Shown here piece by piece: positions 9,528-17,615 of a stretch of 64,000 nt of DNA. The notes under the pieces are model-generated. The model made no database searches. It was not told the DNA's origin and was given only the letters and a program-made list of their open reading frames with translations. How positions within the stretch are numbered: position 1 is the first letter of the stretch; the number at the start of each line of letters is the position of its first letter. The stretch lies in sequence record MZ443771.1; one strand, written 5' to 3'. A program made the translations under genes and the position numbers.

Positions 9528-9745
9528 TGTCACCTACTGAACTGAATGAATATGTTCACCTCGTACTGACGCCTGTTGCTATGGCGTGGCGCGAGCAATT
9601 CCCCAAAAAGAAACAAACGATTTGTACGATGAAGACGCCGTACTCTTGTCGTATCAAGTTCGTTGATGACCGTGAAGTTGAAAAAGCGTGGCAAGCATTC
9701 TGCCGCACACACGGTATCAAGAACGAAGAAACACTCGAAGTCTAA
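9527..9745 (+). CDS. Hypothetical protein
   Basis: TAATG coupling with upstream gene. Confidence 0.7.
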   Translation: MSPTELNEYVHLVLTPVAMAWREQFPKKKQTICTMKTPYSCRIKFVDDREVEKAWQAFCRTHGIKNEETLEV

Positions 9746-9749
9746 ATTC

Positions 9750-9778
9750 AAGGGCTGCCATTGCTGGTGGCCCTTTTT
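9750..9778 (+). terminator. Intrinsic terminator
   Basis: AAGGGCTGCCA-TTGC-TGGTGGCCCTT then T run. Confidence 0.8.
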
Positions 9779-9824
9779 CATTTCTGTAAATACTCCGCAC
9801 ACTAACCACAACGCGGAACTTATA

Positions 9825-10193
9825 ATGCGCCGATTTGTACTCATCTTCAACGTCAGTCAGGAAGAGCTAGATGGCCGTCGTTTCTTTCAAGCAAAGCTCA
9901 ACATTGTCTCATCACTGCGCCGCGCTCGCTGTGTGTTTCTCGTCGTGCGCGAGACAAAGCAGGTACTCTGTGTCTCTGAGCTAACGTATCAACCAAGCGT
10001 CGAACCCGGCATTCGTCAGGTAGACTTCGACGCCCCGCGTGATGTGACCGCATACGTTCTGCCATTCACCGAACTCACTACTGCTATGGTCAATAACTCG
10101 CAAGACCCAAGCATTCGCTACTTCGGCCGTCAGCTTGAAATGGATGCTGACCAGCTCAAACGTTTTCACACTCAACTGGAGATTGTCCCATGA
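9825..10193 (+). CDS. Hypothetical protein
   Basis: ATG 9825 downstream of CTGTAAATA motif; ATGA overlap with next gene. Confidence 0.7.
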   Translation: MRRFVLIFNVSQEELDGRRFFQAKLNIVSSLRRARCVFLVVRETKQVLCVSELTYQPSVEPGIRQVDFDAPRDVTAYVLPFTELTTAMVNNSQDPSIRYFGRQLEMDADQLKRFHTQLEIVP

Positions 10194-10432
10194 GTCAGTC
10201 ATTAGGCGCTTCACTTGGTGCTCGCTTCGCTGTTAGCTCTCAGGAGAATATTGAGCGCCGTAAGAAGCGTGACCCGAAGAACAAGACGCTGACCTGTGCT
10301 GGCACTACAGCGCAGTACAATGCTGTCGGTATGCTCGCTAACAAACTCGACGTGTCACGCTCGCGTGTCATTGAAATGGCAATCGAAGAATTGCTGGCGA
10401 AGCATGGTATTAAGGTTGAGAGTGATGAGTAA
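10190..10432 (+). CDS. Ribbon-helix-helix (CopG-like) DNA-binding protein
   Basis: TLTCAGT...LANKLDVSRSRVIEMAIEELL matches the RHH pattern. Confidence 0.6.
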   Translation: MSQSLGASLGARFAVSSQENIERRKKRDPKNKTLTCAGTTAQYNAVGMLANKLDVSRSRVIEMAIEELLAKHGIKVESDE

Positions 10433-10790
10433 CGATACGCATATCTTTTGCCGACTGTATGGCGTACAGCACCGACTGCGTATCATCGCATATAACTTCC
10501 TCAAACCTCAGCACATGATAACAGTCGATCCCTCTGACGTGCTCAAGATGATGCCTCGCATTATGGTGGGCGCAGCATACGACACGTACACGCCGTACAA
10601 AGTGATCAAGGCGGGACGTGCTGACTTCAAAATCCGCCTGATAGAGCGCACTGATGCGAACGTGTGGCGCTACGTGTTCGAAGACTATCGAGGCAAGCTG
10701 TTTGAGACTTACTTAAATCGGAGAACGTATGATACAGCTGGGGACGATAACAGCGTTAAGTCTAAAAGACAAAGCGCCACGATCCACTGA
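10425..10790 (+). CDS. Hypothetical protein
   Basis: Overlapping start in operon. Confidence 0.65.
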   Translation: MSNDTHIFCRLYGVQHRLRIIAYNFLKPQHMITVDPSDVLKMMPRIMVGAAYDTYTPYKVIKAGRADFKIRLIERTDANVWRYVFEDYRGKLFETYLNRRTYDTAGDDNSVKSKRQSATIH

Positions 10791-11364
10791 CATTGATATC
10801 ACGCCCGTATCGAAAGACGAAGACTGGGGCTCATTGAGTCCCTTTCATCTCGGGCCGTGTCGCACACCTGATGGTACGATGTTTCTCAACATGGAGAACT
10901 TGTGGCAGTACAGCAAGGTCTATGAAGACCACATCGTCAACTCGAACGATATCTTTCACGGGGAGATAAGCAGGGAGTGGTACGAGTGGCATCTCAAAGG
11001 TGCTGGTTCAAAACAGGCGCATCGCTATCCTATGGGGAAAGGTCAAAAGGCTTTGTTCTCCAAATGGGGCGACTTGCGCCTTTCTTACGTTTCAGCACGA
11101 AAACAAATCTACGTGCCGGAATATGCCAAGCTGGTAATCAATCAGCCGAAGTTCAAACGTCTGCTCAAGGAATATAAGAAAGGTGCGAAGATCGTTGTAC
11201 GCGATTATGACACCTACGATATTCTACGCGCCTACCAAGATGCTCGTAGTCCTTGGCTAGAAGCGATCAACAACCCGAACGCGAAGTTTGGTCACTCATT
11301 TGTGATTGCCCTCGCCCTGCTGTTTCACGACAGACCACTATGGTACAATCAATGGATAATCTAA
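10729..11364 (+). CDS. NADAR/DUF6939-like protein
   Basis: LSPFHLGP...MENLWQYSKVY...HRYP...ARKQIYVPEY...DYD; resembles the NADAR E-x-x-[FW]-Q-x-x-K motif. Confidence 0.45.
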   Translation: MIQLGTITALSLKDKAPRSTDIDITPVSKDEDWGSLSPFHLGPCRTPDGTMFLNMENLWQYSKVYEDHIVNSNDIFHGEISREWYEWHLKGAGSKQAHRYPMGKGQKALFSKWGDLRLSYVSARKQIYVPEYAKLVINQPKFKRLLKEYKKGAKIVVRDYDTYDILRAYQDARSPWLEAINNPNAKFGHSFVIALALLFHDRPLWYNQWII

Positions 11365-11669
11365 AGTATCTGGCTTGCATTGAACTGAGCACAAGGGAAG
11401 GTAATCTGAATCTCCCTATCCTGCCTAAGTGTGATATGCAGGCGTTTCTGCTTGACAGCCGTACTAAAACGAAAGTGCCCATAAAGCTCAATGCCACAAA
11501 CGTGGTGAAAGTCTGCGGCAAGACGTGTGGCAGCCTACAATGGTTCGACTGCGTTAATCTGCTTATCTGGTCGTCGTTCGAGCCAGAGCGTTTCACGCTG
11601 TATATTGAGCGGACACTCAAAGCAGACGAGACAGCAAGCGCCCTGCAATCTGCTGAACTCTGCAAATAA
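11352..11669 (+). CDS. Hypothetical protein
   Basis: Overlapping ATG in operon. Confidence 0.65.
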   Translation: MDNLKYLACIELSTREGNLNLPILPKCDMQAFLLDSRTKTKVPIKLNATNVVKVCGKTCGSLQWFDCVNLLIWSSFEPERFTLYIERTLKADETASALQSAELCK

Positions 11670-11714
11670 CTGGTCAAAATAGCCGTTCTATTTAGTAGCT
11701 CGATATGATATACT
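11659..11714 (+). promoter_or_regulatory. Repeated phage promoter
   Basis: First 25 nt identical to 7188-7212; box-28nt-TATACT with extended TG. Confidence 0.75.
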
Positions 11715-11762
11715 AAGAGCGAGCGCTATTGCTCAAAAACAACTAAAGCTGAGGAGCTTATC

Positions 11763-12203
11763 ATGACTACTACTTACAACATCGCTGATCTGAAAACCCC
11801 TGAAATGTTCGCAGATGCCCGCCTGGGTCACTTGTCAGATTTTGCTGATAAACTTCGCGCTCTGCTGGGTCGTGAAGATATGTATCTGGAACTTGAAGCA
11901 GAAGAGGGCGCTGATATTTCCGATGTGTGCCCTGATGCAGATTCTGTTGTGGGTGACAATCTGATCAACCTGCACATTCATTATGCAGATGACCCTGATC
12001 ATGTAAGCGATAAGGGTGCATGGTACGCTTACTTAGCTTTCCCTCATGTTGAAAATCACTGGGGCGAGTGGACAAATAGTTTCATCCTGTTTGTCGAATC
12101 TAACGACGGGGATTTCCTTGAAGAGATCGCGTTCGAAAATGGCAACCCGAAAATGCTGTCTGATATTGTCGACCGCATTAACTACTGGTTCCCTGCCGAG
12201 TAA
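11763..12203 (+). CDS. Acidic hypothetical protein
   Basis: SD GAGGAG. Confidence 0.8.
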   Translation: MTTTYNIADLKTPEMFADARLGHLSDFADKLRALLGREDMYLELEAEEGADISDVCPDADSVVGDNLINLHIHYADDPDHVSDKGAWYAYLAFPHVENHWGEWTNSFILFVESNDGDFLEEIAFENGNPKMLSDIVDRINYWFPAE

Positions 12204-12250
12204 GTGATTTGTGTTGAGCATTCGCTGAGTGCTCAATGAAAATCCAAACA
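12201..12250 (+). repeat. Intergenic hairpin repeat, copy 1
   Basis: GATTTGTG-TTGAGCATTCGCTGAGTGCTCAA-TGAAAAT. Confidence 0.8.
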
Positions 12251-12274
12251 ACACCCTAAGCTAAGGAGCTTAAC

Positions 12275-12592
12275 ATGTCTTCATCTACTACTCTGACTTT
12301 CATCTTCCCAGAAATGACTACTCTGGAAGTTTCAATCGGTAACGGCGTTGTGCCCGCTTATCTGGGTCTCGCAGAAAACAGAGACATAACATTCAGCGAT
12401 GTTAAAGCGCTGCGTCTGATGGGCGATTCGAACATCGTGGGCGCAATGAACCGCTTCGATCAGTCGATGCTTAACATGCTGATCGCCCGTCATGAAACGC
12501 ATGAGCACATTCGTTGCCGTGATGCAATTGAGCAGGGTACTGAGTATTTCCCGTCTACTTGTCTCTACCTGAAAGTAGCGCACCACCGCTAA
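12275..12592 (+). CDS. Hypothetical protein
   Basis: SD AAGGAG. Confidence 0.8.
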   Translation: MSSSTTLTFIFPEMTTLEVSIGNGVVPAYLGLAENRDITFSDVKALRLMGDSNIVGAMNRFDQSMLNMLIARHETHEHIRCRDAIEQGTEYFPSTCLYLKVAHHR

Positions 12593-12636
12593 GATTTGTG
12601 AAGGGCATTCGCTGAGTGTCCTTTGAAAATCAAACA
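12590..12636 (+). repeat. Intergenic hairpin repeat, copy 2
   Basis: GATTTGTG-AAGGGCATTCGCTGAGTGTCCTT-TGAAAAT; compensatory stem changes relative to copy 1. Confidence 0.8.
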
Positions 12637-12655
12637 CTGTTCTGAGGAGAACAAC

Positions 12656-13009
12656 ATGCACAACATCGAACTGCCTGTAGACGCTCGCCACTTTGACGAT
12701 CTGACCAACGCAGAGTTCCTGCAAGTGTGTCGCGCTCTGTCTACTGTCACGGGTCGTGAAGACCTTGAGTTTCGTTCGCATCTGATGAGTCGCTTCATCG
12801 ACATTGCGTATCGCTCTGGCGGCACTAACACGTTCGGTATCAGTAAGTGCCGTGTGCTAATGCCGTCAGAAGTTCAACGTGAGGATATCGTTGAAGACTT
12901 CGAGATTCATCACGGCGATGCAGTCATCTCTATCGAACGCCAGCGCGATACAGAGACAACGCTGCAACGTATCGCAGGTGCCATTGAAGCCTGTTTGCCG
13001 AGAGAGTGA
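12656..13009 (+). CDS. Hypothetical protein
   Basis: SD GAGGAG. Confidence 0.8.
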   Translation: MHNIELPVDARHFDDLTNAEFLQVCRALSTVTGREDLEFRSHLMSRFIDIAYRSGGTNTFGISKCRVLMPSEVQREDIVEDFEIHHGDAVISIERQRDTETTLQRIAGAIEACLPRE

Positions 13010-13080
13010 TTGTTGCTCGCAGATTCTTACGAGAGTCTGCTGTCAACATAACCCAAACCACCTAGGCTGAGGAGCTTAAC

Positions 13081-13491
13081 ATGAAACAATTCCCACGTCG
13101 CGGCGAAACGTATACGCTGAAACAAATCGAAACTGAACTGGACCTGCGTGACGCACCGTTCCTGCGTTTCATCCCGCAGAAAGTGCGTTATGAGCATGAG
13201 AGTGCAGCGGGCATTCAGGTTATTCAGTCTGCGAATGTCGTTGACCTGCATCACCTTGACGGCTGGGCAGACACTGAGTGGGTATTCGTTCGTGAAACCG
13301 AAGAGTGGATTCCACTGTTCCGTGCGAAAGACGATGCCGCGATTGAAGCGCTCTGTGTTATCGAGCCTTCTACCGATTACAGTAGTCGTATTGATGGCGG
13401 TATGCACATCTACCCGAAAGGTACTGAGCATCGTCAATACGAACCGTATGACGAGAAGCTGCATGGCGATCTGCTGGTGGCAGTAAAATAA
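13081..13491 (+). CDS. Hypothetical protein
   Basis: SD GAGGAG. Confidence 0.8.
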   Translation: MKQFPRRGETYTLKQIETELDLRDAPFLRFIPQKVRYEHESAAGIQVIQSANVVDLHHLDGWADTEWVFVRETEEWIPLFRAKDDAAIEALCVIEPSTDYSSRIDGGMHIYPKGTEHRQYEPYDEKLHGDLLVAVK

Positions 13492-13497
13492 ATAACA

Positions 13498-13528
13498 GGG
13501 ATGCTCGCATAAGCGGGTGTCCCATTTT
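13498..13528 (+). terminator. Intrinsic terminator
   Basis: GGGATGCTCGC-ATAA-GCGGGTGTCCC then ATTTT. Confidence 0.75.
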
Positions 13529-13573
13529 ACATTCGGGTCATTAACCTGAATACTTAACTTGAAGGGAAATAAA

Positions 13574-14095
13574 ATGCTGGATAAAATCACCCACATCGTT
13601 CACACAATGATGACCTCTCTTAAAGACATTCGCAACGTGCAGGAAGTTCGCTTCATCGGTAACGAAGCTGTGCGTTTCCGTTTGCATGACAGAACGTTTG
13701 ACGTGCGCGGCAACTACCCGCTGTTCTCTGTGCATGAGATCGAAGGGTCTTGCATGTGTGGTTCGAAAGCTGCCCGCGATGTTGAAGCGCAGATGAATAG
13801 CGGTGGCGTAGACGGCGAAGAAGATTTCGGGCATAACGCTAGCGACGAAGCGCTCAATGATCTGCTGTGTGCTCACGTTGAGTCTATGGCAGAAGAAGCT
13901 GTGCGTCGATACAACGAAGAATGTGGTGGCCCTGACTTAGACCCGATTAACAGTCAGCGCACTTGGTTGAAGACGCACTTCCTGCATATCGGGCACAACA
14001 CGCCTGACCTACTCGAAACAGTATTGATGATGGAAGGTAGAGAGCGCCGTGACGAACTGGCAAAAGCCGTTAAGGAGAAGATATGGTCAGATTGA
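13574..14095 (+). CDS. Hypothetical protein
   Basis: SD-like AAGGGA; co-oriented. Confidence 0.75.
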   Translation: MLDKITHIVHTMMTSLKDIRNVQEVRFIGNEAVRFRLHDRTFDVRGNYPLFSVHEIEGSCMCGSKAARDVEAQMNSGGVDGEEDFGHNASDEALNDLLCAHVESMAEEAVRRYNEECGGPDLDPINSQRTWLKTHFLHIGHNTPDLLETVLMMEGRERRDELAKAVKEKIWSD

Positions 14096-14373
14096 TCATA
14101 GGCCTCATTCGTGACTGGCGCAAGCAGAAGCAACTCGAATTTAAGACTGAGGTGCTTGAGGCAATAATGATGTTAGACCTGCGTGACAAGCAACTGCTGT
14201 GTCGTGCATTCGGTGTCCCTGTTGATATGAATGGCATTCATGCTATCGCAAGCATGAACCGTAAAGAGTTAGCGAAACAGTGTGCGCAGTATTACGTGCG
14301 TTTCGCCGATAAGAAGTGGAAAGTGTTACCTGCTTTCCGCGATGTGCTGTACAACATCCGAAGAGGAAAATAA
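14083..14373 (+). CDS. Hypothetical protein
   Basis: SD AAGGAG. Confidence 0.75.
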   Translation: MVRLIIGLIRDWRKQKQLEFKTEVLEAIMMLDLRDKQLLCRAFGVPVDMNGIHAIASMNRKELAKQCAQYYVRFADKKWKVLPAFRDVLYNIRRGK

Positions 14374-14376
14374 GTA

Positions 14377-14814
14377 ATGAGCGAAATAGATATTCTGATC
14401 CGAGAGTTTGAGCGGGCGTATCTCAAGTCACTTGCGTCTGCCTGGGGAAACGTTGCATATCATGCTGGCGACTACAACCCTGAGCTGAAAAACATTCGCA
14501 TGTACTTGCGCTTTCGCACCCAGCAACAATGTTTGTGGAATCGTCCTGTTCTGGTACTCTCTACTATCGACGTCACTAATCCGGGTCAAGGCGAGTTCTC
14601 AAAGTTACTCGCACGTACCAAAGAGATGTGTCGTCAGCGTGACTGGATTCTGCAAATCGAAAACGTACTGACGCCTAAGTTCAGGAAGTTTCTTCAACGT
14701 GGTGGATTCAAACCTTTCGGTATTGACGCAGAAGTGCCGTACGGAAGTTTGTATTGGTTCCACGACGAAACAATCCCGCAGCAATGTGCGATGTACCCGG
14801 AGATTAGACGATGA
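14377..14814 (+). CDS. Possible GNAT-fold protein
   Basis: LSTIDVTNPGQGEFSKLL (motif A-like) and ENVLTPKFRKFLQRGGF (motif B-like). Confidence 0.45.
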   Translation: MSEIDILIREFERAYLKSLASAWGNVAYHAGDYNPELKNIRMYLRFRTQQQCLWNRPVLVLSTIDVTNPGQGEFSKLLARTKEMCRQRDWILQIENVLTPKFRKFLQRGGFKPFGIDAEVPYGSLYWFHDETIPQQCAMYPEIRR

Positions 14815-15257
14815 CTATCTGGTGGCCTACAATAATAATCTGCTTCGTGCTGCCCATGTCTGCTTGCTATGCGACTATCCCGTGGTTTCGTGCTGCTGTT
14901 AATCGCAGACTGACGTTCAAGCCGTTTGACTATGACGCGCTCACTCAAATCTTCGAGCGTGGTCTGCCTGAGCGTTTGACCATTGAGTGTCTGCAAGCAA
15001 CGTACAAGGGCAACACACCCGAACATTTGTTCGTGGATATTTATCCGCACAAAGAGAACGTTGCTGCTGTTCGTTTTCGTGTGGACGAAGACTTTCCCAT
15101 AGCGCATATCTTTCACAATGCGCTGGTGGGTAACTATAGTGCGCTGTGCATTCGTAGCAAGAAGCCGCCTGTGTTGAGTATCAACCAGTCTGTGTATCGT
15201 GTGATCGAATACGAATATGATAGCCAGTACCTGTTGATCTACCTCAAACACGAGTAA
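14811..15257 (+). CDS. Hypothetical protein with N-terminal hydrophobic segment
   Basis: ATGA overlap; hydrophobic first ~25 aa. Confidence 0.7.
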   Translation: MTIWWPTIIICFVLPMSACYATIPWFRAAVNRRLTFKPFDYDALTQIFERGLPERLTIECLQATYKGNTPEHLFVDIYPHKENVAAVRFRVDEDFPIAHIFHNALVGNYSALCIRSKKPPVLSINQSVYRVIEYEYDSQYLLIYLKHE

Positions 15258-15263
15258 ACAATC

Positions 15264-15563
15264 ATGGTCACTCAACAACAACTCAAAGAGTTCTCGGCGT
15301 TACCTTCTTTACAGCGGAAAGTGTTTCTTCGAAGTCTTCAGGTAGAGATGTTGAGTGGCCTACCCGAAGTAGAACCGATAGTACGTGAGATGCTATGTCG
15401 CGCTATCGTGGTTGATATTGCTCAGGCTGAACTGGCATTACTTGCCGCTCGTCAAATGTGCGAGAACAAGGACGTTAAGAAAGCCATTGATGAATTGCTT
15501 CAATTCGCTGCGCGTCTGCATGACGCCGCATCTGATACTTTATTCTTAGGAGATACCGCATGA
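15264..15563 (+). CDS. Hypothetical protein
   Basis: Co-oriented ORF in operon. Confidence 0.7.
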   Translation: MVTQQQLKEFSALPSLQRKVFLRSLQVEMLSGLPEVEPIVREMLCRAIVVDIAQAELALLAARQMCENKDVKKAIDELLQFAARLHDAASDTLFLGDTA

Positions 15564-16609
15564 ATACGATTTCTGGCGCAATGATTGATGAAGATGTTCT
15601 GGAGTGGCTGGACGATTTTAATGGTCACAAGATTCGTGAGATGTGCGAAGCGATCAATCAGCTTGCGTATGCGCATCGCACCGAGCTGTCTATCCCGAAC
15701 ATGGGTAGCGATGAAGATCTGGCTGCGCTGTCTCATGCTGACCTGTTTACTATTCTGTCTCTCGCTTGCCCTGATGCGAAGTATGACCTGATGTTGTCTA
15801 ACGTGCAACTGCTTGGTCTTGCGCTTGCTGCCAAAGGCGTTATCGACTATCACCTGCCTGAATTGAATAGCCCGATTCTGGCAAAGCGTGAGTTTGCAGA
15901 CAAGCACCGTAAAAACATCATCGGAGGCACAAGCACTCGTGGTCAGATCGTCGCTGCCCTTAACGAATGGATCTGCGGTATGCGTGATCTTGAGATTGTA
16001 CATGCGGGTACTGACTTACCGCCTGATATTGCAGGTATGTATCTGTGTCTCGACGAGCACGAACAAGTTCGCTACGGTCGCTTGTTCCCTAACGGCAGTC
16101 AGGGTTGGACGTTCTGTGAATCGTATGCTGACGGTGGCTCTACTGGTTGGTATAGCGGTGATACGGATCACATGAGCGATGACGATCTGCCTATGTCACT
16201 ACTGACTGGCTGGGTGCTCATCTCTGAGTGGCATAGCCCGTCGCGTGAAGTGAAAGACAACGTTGTACCCATTGGCCTGAGCGACACGCATCGCATCTTT
16301 ATGTTCCTGCGCAGTCTTAGCCCTCACGTAAAAGCAGAGCTGGTGGCACACTTCGAAGGTGTGCTTGACTATAAATCGCCGACCTCTGTTGACACTATCG
16401 GTCGTTTGACTACGCACGATTGGCGTATGGCTGCTGTTGCTGTTGCTGATGACAGTGAGATACCTGATGGTGCGACAAGCTGGACTAACGTACCTGCCTG
16501 GGCGTGTTTCGTTGCAGTCGCTAAAGCACTTGGCTTCAACTTCGAAACACGCCAGTTCGACCCTCAGTTCGACTATCAGGCTAACGACGATCATTTAGAA
16601 GGAGAGTAA
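15560..16609 (+). CDS. Hypothetical protein
   Basis: 349 aa, SD AGGAG, ATGA overlap. Confidence 0.8.
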   Translation: MNTISGAMIDEDVLEWLDDFNGHKIREMCEAINQLAYAHRTELSIPNMGSDEDLAALSHADLFTILSLACPDAKYDLMLSNVQLLGLALAAKGVIDYHLPELNSPILAKREFADKHRKNIIGGTSTRGQIVAALNEWICGMRDLEIVHAGTDLPPDIAGMYLCLDEHEQVRYGRLFPNGSQGWTFCESYADGGSTGWYSGDTDHMSDDDLPMSLLTGWVLISEWHSPSREVKDNVVPIGLSDTHRIFMFLRSLSPHVKAELVAHFEGVLDYKSPTSVDTIGRLTTHDWRMAAVAVADDSEIPDGATSWTNVPAWACFVAVAKALGFNFETRQFDPQFDYQANDDHLEGE

Positions 16610-16610
16610 C

Positions 16611-17144
16611 ATGGCAAAGTCACTGGGTGTATACATGACGTATATTCTGCGTCATAAACCTCAGGACATTGGCATCGCAATGGACACCCAAGGATGGGTG
16701 TCTGTTCTGGATTTCTTGCAGAAAGCAAAGTACAAAAAGCAAGTGACCAGAGAGATGCTGATCGAAGAAGTAGAAGCGGACGATAAAGGTCGTTTTGAGT
16801 TTAACTCGAACAAGTCCAAGATTCGCTGTGTTCAAGGGCATTCTGTTGAGCACGTCATTCTCAATCTCGAACCTTGGACTGATTGTTCGCCTCTGTATCA
16901 TGGCACCGCAGAGAAGAATGTCGCTGCTATCCAGCATGAAGGTATTCTCCGACGTAAACGCAAGCACGTCCATATCAGCAACGATATCGAAACAGCTCGA
17001 CGTGTTGGACAACGCCACGGTGTACCTGTTGTGTTTCAAATCGACACACAGGCAATGATCACTCACGGTTATAAGTTCTACCGCGCAGAGAACGGAGTCA
17101 TCCTCACCGATCACGTACCGTCGCGCTATATCAGATTGGTGTAA
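16611..17144 (+). CDS. kptA: RNA 2'-phosphotransferase (KptA/Tpt1)
   Basis: ILRH, DDKGRF, IRCVQGHS, LYHGT, RKHVHIS, NGVILTDHVP motifs. Confidence 0.93.
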   Translation: MAKSLGVYMTYILRHKPQDIGIAMDTQGWVSVLDFLQKAKYKKQVTREMLIEEVEADDKGRFEFNSNKSKIRCVQGHSVEHVILNLEPWTDCSPLYHGTAEKNVAAIQHEGILRRKRKHVHISNDIETARRVGQRHGVPVVFQIDTQAMITHGYKFYRAENGVILTDHVPSRYIRLV

Positions 17145-17146
17145 GT

Positions 17147-17548
17147 ATGGATAAAACGTACATGCGACATTGGGGATCACGCTACGTGCGGTCCTCATCT
17201 GGCAAGTGGTATTCAGTTCATGGACGTGAAGGAACGTGGGTGACGAATCGCTACGGCACATCATTCTATCGTAGCGGTTCAGAAGTGTGGCGCGACATAT
17301 CTGCCGCAGATCGTAATGCGTTGGAACGAGAGTTAGTTTCCCGTACACGCAAAGACTTCAAAGACACTAAGCTCAAGTATAACCACTGGGGCAAGATTGT
17401 CCTGACTATTGCGAGACAGTCAGAAGAAGAAAACAACCCACACACGTCAGAGCTAGCTGAGATGCTTGAGTCGCTGAGACAGACTTTCTACGGACAGAAG
17501 GTACAGCAACTAAGCACAATATTGGACGAAATAGGGCTTAAAGAGTAG
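17147..17548 (+). CDS. Hypothetical protein
   Basis: Co-oriented ORF in operon. Confidence 0.7.
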   Translation: MDKTYMRHWGSRYVRSSSGKWYSVHGREGTWVTNRYGTSFYRSGSEVWRDISAADRNALERELVSRTRKDFKDTKLKYNHWGKIVLTIARQSEEENNPHTSELAEMLESLRQTFYGQKVQQLSTILDEIGLKE

Positions 17549-17615
17549 GCTCGTTTGTGCTATAATAGAGATGAACGCTAGACACTCGTTTAGCTACTTA
17601 CATGAGGATATGTAT

